Positions 32,150-42,022 of a stretch of 42,806 nucleotides of DNA are shown here, in pieces. Source of the DNA: Clostridia bacterium. Its GTDB lineage: Bacteria; Bacillota; Clostridia; Christensenellales; UBA1242. Position 1 is the first letter of the stretch; each line of letters opens with the position of its first letter. Position numbers and translations under genes: made by a program. Where the stretch lies: NCBI GenBank assembly GCA_046882085.1, contig JBKSNA010000049.1, forward strand, positions 1-42,806, given 5' to 3'. The notes beneath the pieces are model-generated. The model worked only from the letters and a program-made list of their open reading frames with translations. It searched no databases and had not been told where the DNA came from.

Positions 32150-32680
32150 TTATTTTGACTGATGTTCATCAATTATTTGCTTAATTTCCTTATATTCTTC
32201 ATATGGATTCTTGATATATGACAAAGTAAACTTAGCAATATTGTTATTCACCATTGGACTAGCCATGCTACCGAATGATAATGTACCTGTATTTTTGTGA
32301 AGTAATTTATCTAACCAATTCACACTAACAGTCATAGCTCCCAACAATGTGAAATCAAGACTTTTGTAATCAACACCAATATACCCTGTACGAATTAAAA
32401 TTCGTTTATTTGTGATGACATATACCGTCTTATTAAGCCACAAAGCAATCAACACCATTGTGAACATGATAGCAATAGCATACAATGTAATAATTGTAAT
32501 CAGTCCTGTCCAAATTCCCTGATCCCACAATGCACCTATTAATAATGGTACACAAAATACACTATATAGTAATATCATCACTATGGCATTAGCCCAAGTC
32601 CTAACCTTATTAGGTCTATATGTCTTAATGATTTCTTCATTTTTATCTAATATAAGTGAAAATAATTCTTTATCGTCCAT
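32150..32680 (-). CDS. membrane-anchored bacterial PH-domain protein
   Basis: L.KNEEII...RP, two TMs, YVITNKRILIRTGYIG...GTLSF. Confidence 0.8.
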   Translation of the reverse strand: MDDKELFSLILDKNEEIIKTYRPNKVRTWANAIVMILLYSVFCVPLLIGALWDQGIWTGLITIITLYAIAIMFTMVLIALWLNKTVYVITNKRILIRTGYIGVDYKSLDFTLLGAMTVSVNWLDKLLHKNTGTLSFGSMASPMVNNNIAKFTLSYIKNPYEEYKEIKQIIDEHQSK

Positions 32681-32681
32681 A

Positions 32682-33341
32682 TTATTCTCCTTTCTTTTTT
32701 AACTTAGTTAAGGTTAGTTTAGCCGAATTTTGCTCCGCCTCTCTCTTAGTAGATCCTTGTCCGAAGGCTAAGAATTCTCCATTAATAAAGCTACTCGCTC
32801 TGAAGTTTTCTTGTCCGCCTTTGGTTAAATATTTCTCTACTTTGTACTCCAATTTCATCTTACTCGCCTGAGCATACTCTTGAAGTTCGGACTTGTAATC
32901 ATTTGGCTTCATACCTGCTCGCAGTTGTTCTTTTACTTTCAGAGCATCTAATACTGCAGTGCTAATCGAATGCAGACCATATGTTAGATATATCGCACCT
33001 ATCATACATTCTATAATATCTGCAAGGATCGCATCTGAAATGTTGCCTTGAAAACTCTTGCCAAATTTGATTCTAGAAGATATATTGAGAGATTTTGCTA
33101 ATTCGCTTAAATTCTCAGTACATACAAATTTCGCACGAATTTTAGACATCTTACCTTCTGGCTTATTGTAATGCTTGTATAGATAATCACTAATAATAGT
33201 AGACAAGATCGAATCACCCAAAAACTCTAATCTTTCATTACTAAGAGTATTGTGCTGATTGGCATATGAAGAATGAGTGAAAGCCAATTCTTTCAACTCA
33301 TCACTACACTTCTCAAACAATTCCAAAAATCTATTCTTCAT
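32682..33341 (-). CDS. rnc: ribonuclease III
   Basis: AFTHSSYAN, NERLEFLGDSIL, AD..E..IGAIYL, dsRBD DYKSELQEY..G.G.TKREAEQ. Confidence 0.98.
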   Translation of the reverse strand: MKNRFLELFEKCSDELKELAFTHSSYANQHNTLSNERLEFLGDSILSTIISDYLYKHYNKPEGKMSKIRAKFVCTENLSELAKSLNISSRIKFGKSFQGNISDAILADIIECMIGAIYLTYGLHSISTAVLDALKVKEQLRAGMKPNDYKSELQEYAQASKMKLEYKVEKYLTKGGQENFRASSFINGEFLAFGQGSTKREAEQNSAKLTLTKLKKKGE

Positions 33342-34332
33342 CTTTATCTACTGCTTTCATTACCTTTTCTATCATCTTATTATTGGCTAACTTATAAGCC
33401 TGCTCAATAGTAGTAGCAATGCTATCAGCTTTGCTATTACCATGACACTTCAGTACTATCTTGCTGACACCAAGTAGTGGTGCTCCACCAACCTTTCTAT
33501 AATCATATTTCCCTTTGATTGAATATAGACCTTTCTTGAGTAGAAGCCCACCAATTTTATTTCTTAATCCTGCATGAGTTACATCTCTTAACTCTCCGAA
33601 CAAGATCTCTGCGGTACCTTCTATTGTTTTCAAGCAGATATTGCCAGAGAAACCATCGCTGACTACTACATCTACATTACCACGCATTACATCACGAGCT
33701 TCAATATTTCCTACGAAATTTAATCCTGATTGTTCTAGTAGAGCATATGCTTCTTTGATCATCTCGCTACCTTTCTCTGCCTCTGTACCGATATTTAGTA
33801 ATGCAATTTTTGGTTTCTTCACACCTGTCGCTTTCATATACTCATTACCCATAATGGCGAAATGGAGTAAATTCTCAGCCTTACACTCAGCATTCGCACC
33901 GCAGTCAAGTAACATTACATTGCCATCGTTAACTGTAGGAAGAAGAGGCGCTAATGCAGGTCTAGATATACCTTTGATTCTACCAAGTTTCAATACTGCA
34001 CCTGCAAGAGTCGCTCCGGTACTGCCCGCACTAATAAGTGCTACTGCATCATCGTTTTGTTTTAGATAATCAAACGCCACTACTATGCTAGAGTTCTTCT
34101 TAGTTCTAATAGCGACAGTTGGAGACTCGTCCATAGTAACCACATCTGGAGCATGCACGATCTCTAATCTATCAGATACGAATACTAACTTCTGGAGAAG
34201 TTCCGCTATTTTATCCTTATCACCTACTAAAACTAAATTAATTTTCTCATTATCTTGAAGTGCTTTTACTGCACCAGCAACTATCTCATCTGGAGCATAA
34301 TCTCCACCAAAAGCATCTAAAACTATTTTCAT
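33331..34332 (-). CDS. plsX: phosphate acyltransferase PlsX
   Basis: IVLDAFGGDYAP, SAGSTGA, RPALA, LLDCGAN, DGFSGN, GGAPLLG, KCHGNS; start moved to 34332. Confidence 0.97.
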   Translation of the reverse strand: MKIVLDAFGGDYAPDEIVAGAVKALQDNEKINLVLVGDKDKIAELLQKLVFVSDRLEIVHAPDVVTMDESPTVAIRTKKNSSIVVAFDYLKQNDDAVALISAGSTGATLAGAVLKLGRIKGISRPALAPLLPTVNDGNVMLLDCGANAECKAENLLHFAIMGNEYMKATGVKKPKIALLNIGTEAEKGSEMIKEAYALLEQSGLNFVGNIEARDVMRGNVDVVVSDGFSGNICLKTIEGTAEILFGELRDVTHAGLRNKIGGLLLKKGLYSIKGKYDYRKVGGAPLLGVSKIVLKCHGNSKADSIATTIEQAYKLANNKMIEKVMKAVDKDEE

Positions 34333-34426
34333 AAATACTCCCTTAAATGTCTTGATTATAGCAAATATATTAAAAAAAGTAAAACAAAATACCACTGCTA
34401 GTAAAATGTTTTACATTTTTCGCTAA

Positions 34427-35539
34427 TTATTTATTCTGTAATTCAAATAGTGTTTGTTTGAATTGGTATTTATTCATCAGATCTTCCACTCTCTTCAGGC
34501 TCTTTTGCTTGCTATTTAGCGTCGCTCTGATCATTAGATTTTTTGGCGAATGCGCGAAATCTACAAATTCGATCACATCAACTGAATATCCTTTACTACG
34601 TAAAATCTCAACTCTAACGCTATCGGTAAGCAACGCAGAGAATCTCTCCTTAATAAGACCATCTTCGAGTAGGATATCGTAGTCACCACCTTTTTTAATA
34701 GATAAGTTCACTTCATGCTGACAACATGGTACTGAGAAGATATTCTTGACGCCATTTTTAATAGCGAAGTCCAGTGCATAATCAGTCGCTGTATCACATG
34801 CATGAAGAGTGATAATCATGTCAATTTTTCCGTCGAAAAGTTTATCTTTTTTTACATCACTCAACACGAACTCTAACCCATCATAACCATATTTATTGGC
34901 TATGTTATTACAATTATACACCACATCTTGTTTGATATCATATCCAATAATCCTTGCCTTGACTCCCTTAATCTTGACGAAATAGTAATACACTAAGAAT
35001 GTCAAATATGATTTACCACAACCAAAGTCAAGAATGGTAATTTTATCTTTTTGATAAGTTTTATAAGCATCATCAATTATCTCAATGAATTTATTAATTT
35101 GCTTGAATTTATCATACATTGACTTAACAATTTTGCCATCACGAGTGAACACTCCTAGATCAACCAGCGCTGGCACATCATCGCCTTCTTTGATGAGATA
35201 ATTCTTCTCTTTATTGTGCGTTGATATTGTCTTAGACTGTTCATTCTTTACTGACTTAGATCTATAATCAACCTTACCCTTAGAATAAATAGTGGTAGTG
35301 CCGACTTTCTCCAATGTGATCTGCTTATAGTCCGCGAATGGAAGATTAGTGAGTTCGCCACTCTGAACATTTTCATGAAAGACTTGTGTACCTTTGAATC
35401 TCTCTATCTGCCACTTCACACCACTCTTGAGAGATATGGGTTTTGCAATTATCTTCTTAGTATCAGTTGATGAATCGCTGAGAATGAGTTTATTAAGCAC
35501 TTCAATATTTTCTTTAATATCTAAAATAATTTTATCCAT
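34427..35539 (-). CDS. class I SAM-dependent methyltransferase (Methyltransf_32-like), probably leaderless
   Basis: KFKQINKF.E, ILDFGCGKSYLTF, LHACDTATD, VPCCQHE, HSPKN.MIRA; TTGCTT-17-TAATAT 6 nt before ATG. Confidence 0.88.
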   Translation of the reverse strand: MDKIILDIKENIEVLNKLILSDSSTDTKKIIAKPISLKSGVKWQIERFKGTQVFHENVQSGELTNLPFADYKQITLEKVGTTTIYSKGKVDYRSKSVKNEQSKTISTHNKEKNYLIKEGDDVPALVDLGVFTRDGKIVKSMYDKFKQINKFIEIIDDAYKTYQKDKITILDFGCGKSYLTFLVYYYFVKIKGVKARIIGYDIKQDVVYNCNNIANKYGYDGLEFVLSDVKKDKLFDGKIDMIITLHACDTATDYALDFAIKNGVKNIFSVPCCQHEVNLSIKKGGDYDILLEDGLIKERFSALLTDSVRVEILRSKGYSVDVIEFVDFAHSPKNLMIRATLNSKQKSLKRVEDLMNKYQFKQTLFELQNK

Positions 35540-35602
35540 ATATTTATATTATCCTAAAATGTAATTTGAAGCAAGAAAAATCGCCCCATTGGGACGATAT
35601 CT

Positions 35603-35794
35603 TTACTTTTCTTCTTTCTTGTCCATGTTAACTACTTGTTCTCCATCATAGTAACCACAATTCTTACATACACGGTGTGCAATCTTCTTCTCATGACAAT
35701 GTGGACATTCTACTAAAGTAGGAACAGCAGCTTTCCAGTTAGCACGACGTTTGTCACGTCTAGCCTTTGACACTTTTCCTTTTGGAACTGCCAT
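35603..35794 (-). CDS. rpmF: 50S ribosomal protein L32 (Zn-binding C+ form)
   Basis: [18 protein letters not shown]...CPHC...[10 protein letters not shown]. Confidence 0.98.
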   Translation of the reverse strand: MAVPKGKVSKARRDKRRANWKAAVPTLVECPHCHEKKIAHRVCKNCGYYDGEQVVNMDKKEEK

Positions 35795-35905
35795 AAATTA
35801 CCTCCATACAATATTCGTGCTTCAATACAGCACTCGACAACATATGGCATCATTATAACAAAGATCAATCTATTTGTCAACTAGTTTTGTTATAATTATT
35901 CAAAA

Positions 35906-36587
35906 TTAGTTCACAAGCATGTCTTCTACGTCCTCAAACCTACTCTTTAATTTATTAAAAGCATACTTATTCAAAATACATTTTGCTTGGATATTGATCT
36001 TTGCAGAATATATTATATCCATAATCTCATAATAGTTTTCTTTGAAGAATGCCTTATCAATATCATGTAAAAGATATGGATTTTCTCTTAATTCGTCTAA
36101 AATTTTATCAGCCTTTAATGAGAACTGAATATTTTTCTTAGTTGGTAGAATATAGTTTGTTTTAGTATTGCCACTTAGTACATTTCTAAATGACTTAACT
36201 TCTTGATAATCATTGATTGCCAATCTTCGATTTCTCTCGATCATTTCAGTAATCAAATGTTTGTTTTTTATTTGATTATATTTATACATATTACCAAGTA
36301 GAACTAGTTCTTTATCTTCATCTGATAGGTGTATAAACTTTGGATTATGATTAGTTAGCACGAATTTGTCATCAATTAATTCATAACCTTGTTCAGCCAT
36401 TTCACTAATAACGGTATTATAAATACTTTGATATAATGCTTTTACTCTACCAGTTTCCCTCTCTATCCCATATTGTAATGAATATATTGAAGTAATTTTA
36501 CCCATTTCCAATTTTATACGTTCCATAACTATGTAAATCTTTCAGCGATGAAATATCTTTACCAATGTAAATAACTCTTGATTTCAT
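35906..36587 (-). pseudogene. orphan gene with apparent frameshift near the 5' end (or translationally coupled uORF + ORF)
   Basis: Promoter TTGACA-17-TATATT (36634-36606) and AAGGAG RBS lead to ATG 36587 (29-aa ORF); the main ORF 35906-36526 is 1 nt out of frame and lacks an RBS. Confidence 0.6.
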
Positions 36588-36646
36588 ATCTATCTCCTTA
36601 GCCACAATATATCACAGAAACAAATTCTTGTCAATGAATTTTTAAC

Positions 36647-36673
36647 AAAAAAGAGAGCATTGTAGCCCTCTTC
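36647..36673 (-). terminator. terminator after ackA
   Basis: AGAGGGC-tacaat-GCTCTCT then TTTTT. Confidence 0.7.
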
Positions 36674-36676
36674 ATA

Positions 36677-37858
36677 TTACTTAGATAATTCAGCAGTATC
36701 CATAGCGATAACGAACTCTTCGTCAGTAGGAATACGCCATACTTCCACCTTGCTACCCTCTTTAGTGAACTTAGTAACTTCGCCACGAGGAGCGGTGTTG
36801 TTCTTATCAAAGTCAAAATCAATACCTAGGTATTCCATATTCTTACATACAGCTTCACGAACTAAACTATCATTCTCACCAACACCTGCAGTGAATACGA
36901 TGTAATCCACACCATTCATTTCTGCAGAGTATGCACCGATGTATTTCTTGATAGAGTTAACAAGTAAATCAAATGCTAATTTTACTCTTGGTTGATCAAG
37001 ATTGTCATCAATATCTCTTAGGTCACTATAACCACAGATACCAGATAAACCACTCTTCTTATTAAGAATATCGATAGCACCGTTAATATCAACACCCTTA
37101 ATATCCATAATAGCCTTAACGATAGATGGATCGATATCTCCACTACGAGTACCCATAACAATACCTGCTAGTGGAGTGAATCCCATAGTAGTATCTAGGC
37201 ACTTACCGTCCTTGATAGCACATAAACTACTACCGCTACCGATATGACAAGAGATAATCTTCTTACCATTTAGGTCTCCAAACATCTTCTCGCATTGCAT
37301 AGCAATATATCTATGACTAGTACCATGAGCACCATATCTACGAACCTTATTATTCTCATAGAACTCATAAGGGATAGGATAGATATATGAGCTCTCTGGC
37401 ATAGTAGTATGGAATGAGATATCCAATACTACAACATTCTTGATATTAGGCATTAATTCTCTACATACTTCTACGCCTGTGATGATGGCTGGACTGTGAA
37501 GTGGAGCAAAACCAACATTTGCCTTCATATCTTCAAGAGCCTTATCTGTTACAACGAATGAATCCTTGTAATCTTCACCGAAGTTCACGCCTCTATGACC
37601 GATAGCCTTGATCTCATCTAGGCTAGAGATCACACCGATCTCACTATCCATTAGTGTATCAAATATGAGTTGGAATGCCTCTCTATGATTAGCAAGGTCC
37701 TTCTTAATCACTCTCTTCTCTGTAGTCTTGTAGTCAGTAAACGACTCACTAAGTCCTACTCTTTGACAATAAAATTTAGCAAATACTTCGCCTGTAGTAG
37801 ACTCCATTAATTGAGCCTTAACGCTACTACTACCAGCATTAACAACTAAAACTTTCAT
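36677..37858 (-). CDS. ackA: acetate kinase
   Basis: VLVVNAGSSSVK, GHR, APLH.P, RRYGAHGTSH, MGFTPL.G..MGTRSGDIDP, FTAGVGEN, IPTDEE. Confidence 0.96.
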   Translation of the reverse strand: MKVLVVNAGSSSVKAQLMESTTGEVFAKFYCQRVGLSESFTDYKTTEKRVIKKDLANHREAFQLIFDTLMDSEIGVISSLDEIKAIGHRGVNFGEDYKDSFVVTDKALEDMKANVGFAPLHSPAIITGVEVCRELMPNIKNVVVLDISFHTTMPESSYIYPIPYEFYENNKVRRYGAHGTSHRYIAMQCEKMFGDLNGKKIISCHIGSGSSLCAIKDGKCLDTTMGFTPLAGIVMGTRSGDIDPSIVKAIMDIKGVDINGAIDILNKKSGLSGICGYSDLRDIDDNLDQPRVKLAFDLLVNSIKKYIGAYSAEMNGVDYIVFTAGVGENDSLVREAVCKNMEYLGIDFDFDKNNTAPRGEVTKFTKEGSKVEVWRIPTDEEFVIAMDTAELSK

Positions 37859-37966
37859 TAATTTCTCCTTTAATTAGTATTGTGATGTATTATAGCACTT
37901 TAATTTAGATTTGTAAATAAATTTACCACATATTAAATTAAAAAAAGTAGATTGCAATAATCTACC

Positions 37967-38926
37967 TTATATCATAAGTTTAGTAATACTAATAGTATTT
38001 ACTATTTCATCTACTGTGCAGCCTCGACTAAGATCATTGACAGGCTTATTGAAGTTCAACATGATTGGTCCTACTGCTGTATAGCCACCAAGGCGTGCGA
38101 CCAATTTATATCCAATATTGCCAGCGTTTAGGTCTGGGAATACTAGAACATTCGCATTACCACCGACTTCACTAGTAATACCCTTCTTCTTCGCAGTATT
38201 TACATCAAGAGCCGAATCTACCTGCATCTCTCCATCTATCATATAATTAGAATTGGATTGTGCGATCTTAGTAGCCTCCGCCACCATATCTACCATCTCA
38301 CTCTTGGCGCTACCCTTAGTAGAATAACTAAGTAGTGCAACCTTAGGTTCGACACCTACCACTTTCTCCATAAACTCAGCATTGTCTATAGCAATCTCTG
38401 CGAGTTGATCTACGGTCGGTTTCTCGATTAAAGACACGTCACCAAATACCAATGGATCACAATCTTCCTTCAGCATTAGCATATTACCTGTTACAATCTT
38501 CTTATTCTGTTTAGTCTTGATGATCTGCAATGCAGGACGAAGTACATCAGCAGTAGAATATTTAGCACCCGCCACTACACCATCTGCTTGTCCATCTTTT
38601 AATAACATCATAGTGAAATATATAGGCTCATTTATAAGAGTAGAAGCCACATCTATAGTCATACCTTTAGCTTTTCTCAATTCGAAAAGCGAATTGATAT
38701 ACTCGTCTTTTTTCTCGAACGTAGCAATATCTATTATTCTACATTTAGGAGTATTATACTCGATAGGATAATCCTCTAATTTACCAAATACTATAATATC
38801 TGCAATGTTTTCTCGAAGAGCAATCTTGCCTGCCTCCATCACTCTCTCATCAGTGTGTGCTTCTGGCAATATAATTGTGCCATTAATCTTTTTTGCTTTT
38901 TCTTTTAGTTCTTCTAAAATTTTCAT
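37967..38926 (-). CDS. pta: phosphate acetyltransferase
   Basis: ILPEA.DER, ADVLRPALQII, VALLSYSTKGS, DGEMQ.D.A, NVLVFPDLNAGNIGYKL, PVNDLSRGC. Confidence 0.97.
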   Translation of the reverse strand: MKILEELKEKAKKINGTIILPEAHTDERVMEAGKIALRENIADIIVFGKLEDYPIEYNTPKCRIIDIATFEKKDEYINSLFELRKAKGMTIDVASTLINEPIYFTMMLLKDGQADGVVAGAKYSTADVLRPALQIIKTKQNKKIVTGNMLMLKEDCDPLVFGDVSLIEKPTVDQLAEIAIDNAEFMEKVVGVEPKVALLSYSTKGSAKSEMVDMVAEATKIAQSNSNYMIDGEMQVDSALDVNTAKKKGITSEVGGNANVLVFPDLNAGNIGYKLVARLGGYTAVGPIMLNFNKPVNDLSRGCTVDEIVNTISITKLMI

Positions 38927-39719
38927 CTGTATTTCCTTTTAACAACTTTATTATTTCATCTATATATTTTTCAGTTTCTTCTTCACCATGCCTAATTGCA
39001 TTCTGTACTGTATCTCTACTAAAATCTATCAAACTCACATTCGGCATTGTAAGTACAATCCTCAGATCTGATCGCTGAGGTTTTAGATTCACTATTTGAG
39101 TAGTCATCAGAGATATAGCGTTCACTAAGACTTCTATACTCTTCATCTTAATATGCTCTATTTGCTTAGGATATTCTCCTACCACATCTAGAGATACTAC
39201 TAACGCATCCGGCAAGATCTTTCTAGCAACATCTTCTGGTAGATTATTTAACAATCCACCATCACAATAATATCTATTGTCCACCTGTCTTCTAGGGAAG
39301 ATTCCCGGTATAGATATGCTCGCAATAATACCGTCTGACAGCAAGCCGGAAGAGAAATGTTTTTCTTCTCCTGTATACAATTCAGTCGCTACTGCCACGA
39401 ATGGTATACGACAATCATCAAATGTAAGATCTGACAACTCATCGACTATTAGATTCTGTATCTTATTAATATTCAATATGTTGTCCTTAAACAATGTAGA
39501 GAATATATCAAAATGACCTAGCGAATGAATCTTATCGCTAAGAGAGATTAGATCATCAATGCTTTTGCCACTAGCATACATACCACCTACTAATGCTCCC
39601 ATTGATGTTCCCACGATTAGGTCGGGTATGATTCCGTATTTCTCTAGTACTTTAAGGAATCCCAGATGTGCATATCCCTTAGAAGATCCTCCTCCAAGTA
39701 CTATTGCCAACTTCTTCAT
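38883..39719 (-). CDS. patatin-like phospholipase
   Basis: LGGGSSKGYAHLG, GTSMG (GxSxG), ASISIPGIF, DGG. Confidence 0.93.
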   Translation of the reverse strand: MKKLAIVLGGGSSKGYAHLGFLKVLEKYGIIPDLIVGTSMGALVGGMYASGKSIDDLISLSDKIHSLGHFDIFSTLFKDNILNINKIQNLIVDELSDLTFDDCRIPFVAVATELYTGEEKHFSSGLLSDGIIASISIPGIFPRRQVDNRYYCDGGLLNNLPEDVARKILPDALVVSLDVVGEYPKQIEHIKMKSIEVLVNAISLMTTQIVNLKPQRSDLRIVLTMPNVSLIDFSRDTVQNAIRHGEEETEKYIDEIIKLLKGNTDENFRRTKRKSKKD

Positions 39720-39749
39720 ATTTTCCCCTTACCTTAAATAATATTATAT

Positions 39750-40706
39750 ATGATTAAATCTTTAAAATCAAATAAAATCACTATTATATTTTTGCTCATT
39801 ATAGCAATATTATTCATCTCAAATCCAACAATTTATGTCAATTCTTGTTTGTCTGCTGTATCAGTATGGTCCACCAAGGTCTTCCCTACATTATTTCCAT
39901 TTTTTATAATCACTAGACTAATAGTATCTCTATCTGAATTTCGCCCTAATCCGTTGGACAAGTTTTTTTCAAAAATTTATCACACACCAACAGGCAGTCT
40001 AAATATTTTCTTGTTATCTGCTATATCTGGCTACCCCATGGGTGCTAAAATGATATCTAACTTGTACGATCAAAAACTAATCAGTACCGAAGACAGCAAA
40101 AAAATGTTATCATTCACATCAATCAGTGGCCCAATGTTCATGATCGGTACTATAGGAGTATCGGTATTAGGCTCATTTCGTGCTGGATTAGTGATCATGA
40201 TATCTAATGTACTAGCTGGATTAATTAATGGATTATTGTATAGAGGTTATTCAAATAACAAATCAATAGTATCTATCAAAAATCAACCCAAATCAAATCT
40301 CATATCAGATACCATCTATGATTCATTAAACTCAATTTTAATGGTTGGCGCTTATATAATTGTAGGATTCTTACTCATTCAAATAATAGAATCTACAAAA
40401 ATTTTACATACTATATCTAGTGTATTTCCTAATATATGTGACGGAAATGTAGTATCTAGTATATTGACAGGCCTGATCGAGATCACTCACGGATCTATCG
40501 ATCTTAGCACCACCAGCCTATCGCTCGTGTGGAAGACTATGATTACATCTACAATGATCGCATTTGGAGGATTATGCATACTACTACAGAGTATGTCTTT
40601 TATAAAACAATTAAATATCCCTACCAAAACTTTACTTCTTCAAAAGACCACTCAAGCATTAATAACTTTTATCATCAGTTTACCACTAGCATTTTTAATA
40701 TTATAA
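39750..40706 (+). CDS. ylbJ: sporulation integral membrane protein YlbJ-like
   Basis: W...VFPTLFPFFI, SGYPMGAK, GPMFMIGTIG, GLIEIT.G, FGGLCI..Q; adjacent to a patatin gene as for ylbJ/ylbK. Confidence 0.8.
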   Translation: MIKSLKSNKITIIFLLIIAILFISNPTIYVNSCLSAVSVWSTKVFPTLFPFFIITRLIVSLSEFRPNPLDKFFSKIYHTPTGSLNIFLLSAISGYPMGAKMISNLYDQKLISTEDSKKMLSFTSISGPMFMIGTIGVSVLGSFRAGLVIMISNVLAGLINGLLYRGYSNNKSIVSIKNQPKSNLISDTIYDSLNSILMVGAYIIVGFLLIQIIESTKILHTISSVFPNICDGNVVSSILTGLIEITHGSIDLSTTSLSLVWKTMITSTMIAFGGLCILLQSMSFIKQLNIPTKTLLLQKTTQALITFIISLPLAFLIL

Positions 40707-40766
40707 ATCACCCAAAAAGTTTGACAAACAATGTTTAGTTCTCTATAATTATTATAAGAGGTATGT

Positions 40767-41312
40767 ATGAATTTGAAAAAATTTGAGTTTCAACATAGAG
40801 ATGTTTCTTATTTGAAAAAAGATATTGCATATAGATTTTTATTTGCGCTTTTATTTCTATCTGTAGGTGTATGGCAAGCTATAACAATGTTTATTCATAT
40901 TTATAGCGATAGCATATCTGTTACTATGATAGCATCAAGTTTGTTTGTCTTAATATTGTCTATGCTAATGTTCTTCTGCTCTATTATGTACACATTTAAG
41001 AACTTTAGAATATTAGGCACTATCAAAAGACAAGGCAGATGCGTAAGTAACGTACAAGTATTATTTAATTTGGAGAAACGATCTTTTATTAAATTATATT
41101 TATTCATTACATTTATAATTTCACTACTTACAGCTCTAGTATTAATCGCTAGTCTAACCTATACAATCTTAGAGATCTCAATATACTCATCTATTTCGTA
41201 TTATTTACCTATTTTAGTAGTATTATGTTTGACAAGTTTCAATTCTACCTTCCATGTTAAGAATGAGATCAAAATACTAGAAACAGTACAACAATACCAC
41301 GCAATATATTAA
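40767..41312 (+). CDS. hypothetical 4-TM membrane protein
   Basis: Four hydrophobic segments; TTGACA-17-TATAAT and GAGGT RBS upstream. Confidence 0.8.
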   Translation: MNLKKFEFQHRDVSYLKKDIAYRFLFALLFLSVGVWQAITMFIHIYSDSISVTMIASSLFVLILSMLMFFCSIMYTFKNFRILGTIKRQGRCVSNVQVLFNLEKRSFIKLYLFITFIISLLTALVLIASLTYTILEISIYSSISYYLPILVVLCLTSFNSTFHVKNEIKILETVQQYHAIY

Positions 41313-41337
41313 AAAACGAGCACACTGCTCGTTTTTT
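41311..41337. terminator. bidirectional terminator
   Basis: AAAAAACGAGCA-cac-TGCTCGTTTTTT. Confidence 0.85.
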
Positions 41338-41340
41338 AAT

Positions 41341-41877
41341 TTAACTCTCTATTATTTTACTATAAACATATTCGTATACGTTGGCTGCCAACTCTCGCCA
41401 ATGTTTGCATGCAACTGTCGCATTATGTCTAGTATCAGTCTTCAGCGACAAAGTAAATATTGACTCAGTAGTAAGTGGCTCTAAGATCTTTAGATCCACA
41501 GTATAACTACCATCTTCATTCTTGTATGACTTTGCTACATATTCTTGATTTCTTTTGTATTGCAATTTATTATTCTGAGCGAACTCCGCTATCATGTCTC
41601 TCTTACTAGCTGGAATACGTGTATAGAATTGAGACAAACATTCTCTACCTGCTACTGTAATATTGTATCTATTCTCGTCATTATCTGTATTAGGTTTGTA
41701 TATAAACTTAGAAGTAATAAGCTGAGATAATAGATCTTTACAATCCATCCAATTCACCCAATTATTCTGACTAGAACAAATATCCAAGATAGAATTTTCT
41801 GTAAGCGGTATTTCCATCTTGTCTAACACATATAGCAATATTAACTTGTTTACCGTATTATCTGGTACAAAATCCAT
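41341..41877 (-). CDS. DUF4364 family winged-helix protein
   Basis: NKLILLYVLDKMEIPLT..., Y.IT..GRE.L..F..RIP.S.R, C..W......VY. Confidence 0.8.
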   Translation of the reverse strand: MDFVPDNTVNKLILLYVLDKMEIPLTENSILDICSSQNNWVNWMDCKDLLSQLITSKFIYKPNTDNDENRYNITVAGRECLSQFYTRIPASKRDMIAEFAQNNKLQYKRNQEYVAKSYKNEDGSYTVDLKILEPLTTESIFTLSLKTDTRHNATVACKHWRELAANVYEYVYSKIIES

Positions 41878-42022
41878 TATTAAACACCCTTTCGCATCTT
41901 ATTATACTATAAATCAAAATAAAAGACAACTTTTCTCCTATACTTTTCTTAATTGATGACCAAAAGAAAATAATGTAATTTTCTTGCGTAATATAGTCGG
42001 CATATGATATAATAAATTAGAG

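Noticed and set aside
36631-36822. 63-aa alternative-frame ORF overlapping the ackA 3' end
   Set aside because: No RBS and it crosses the ackA terminator; likely chance.
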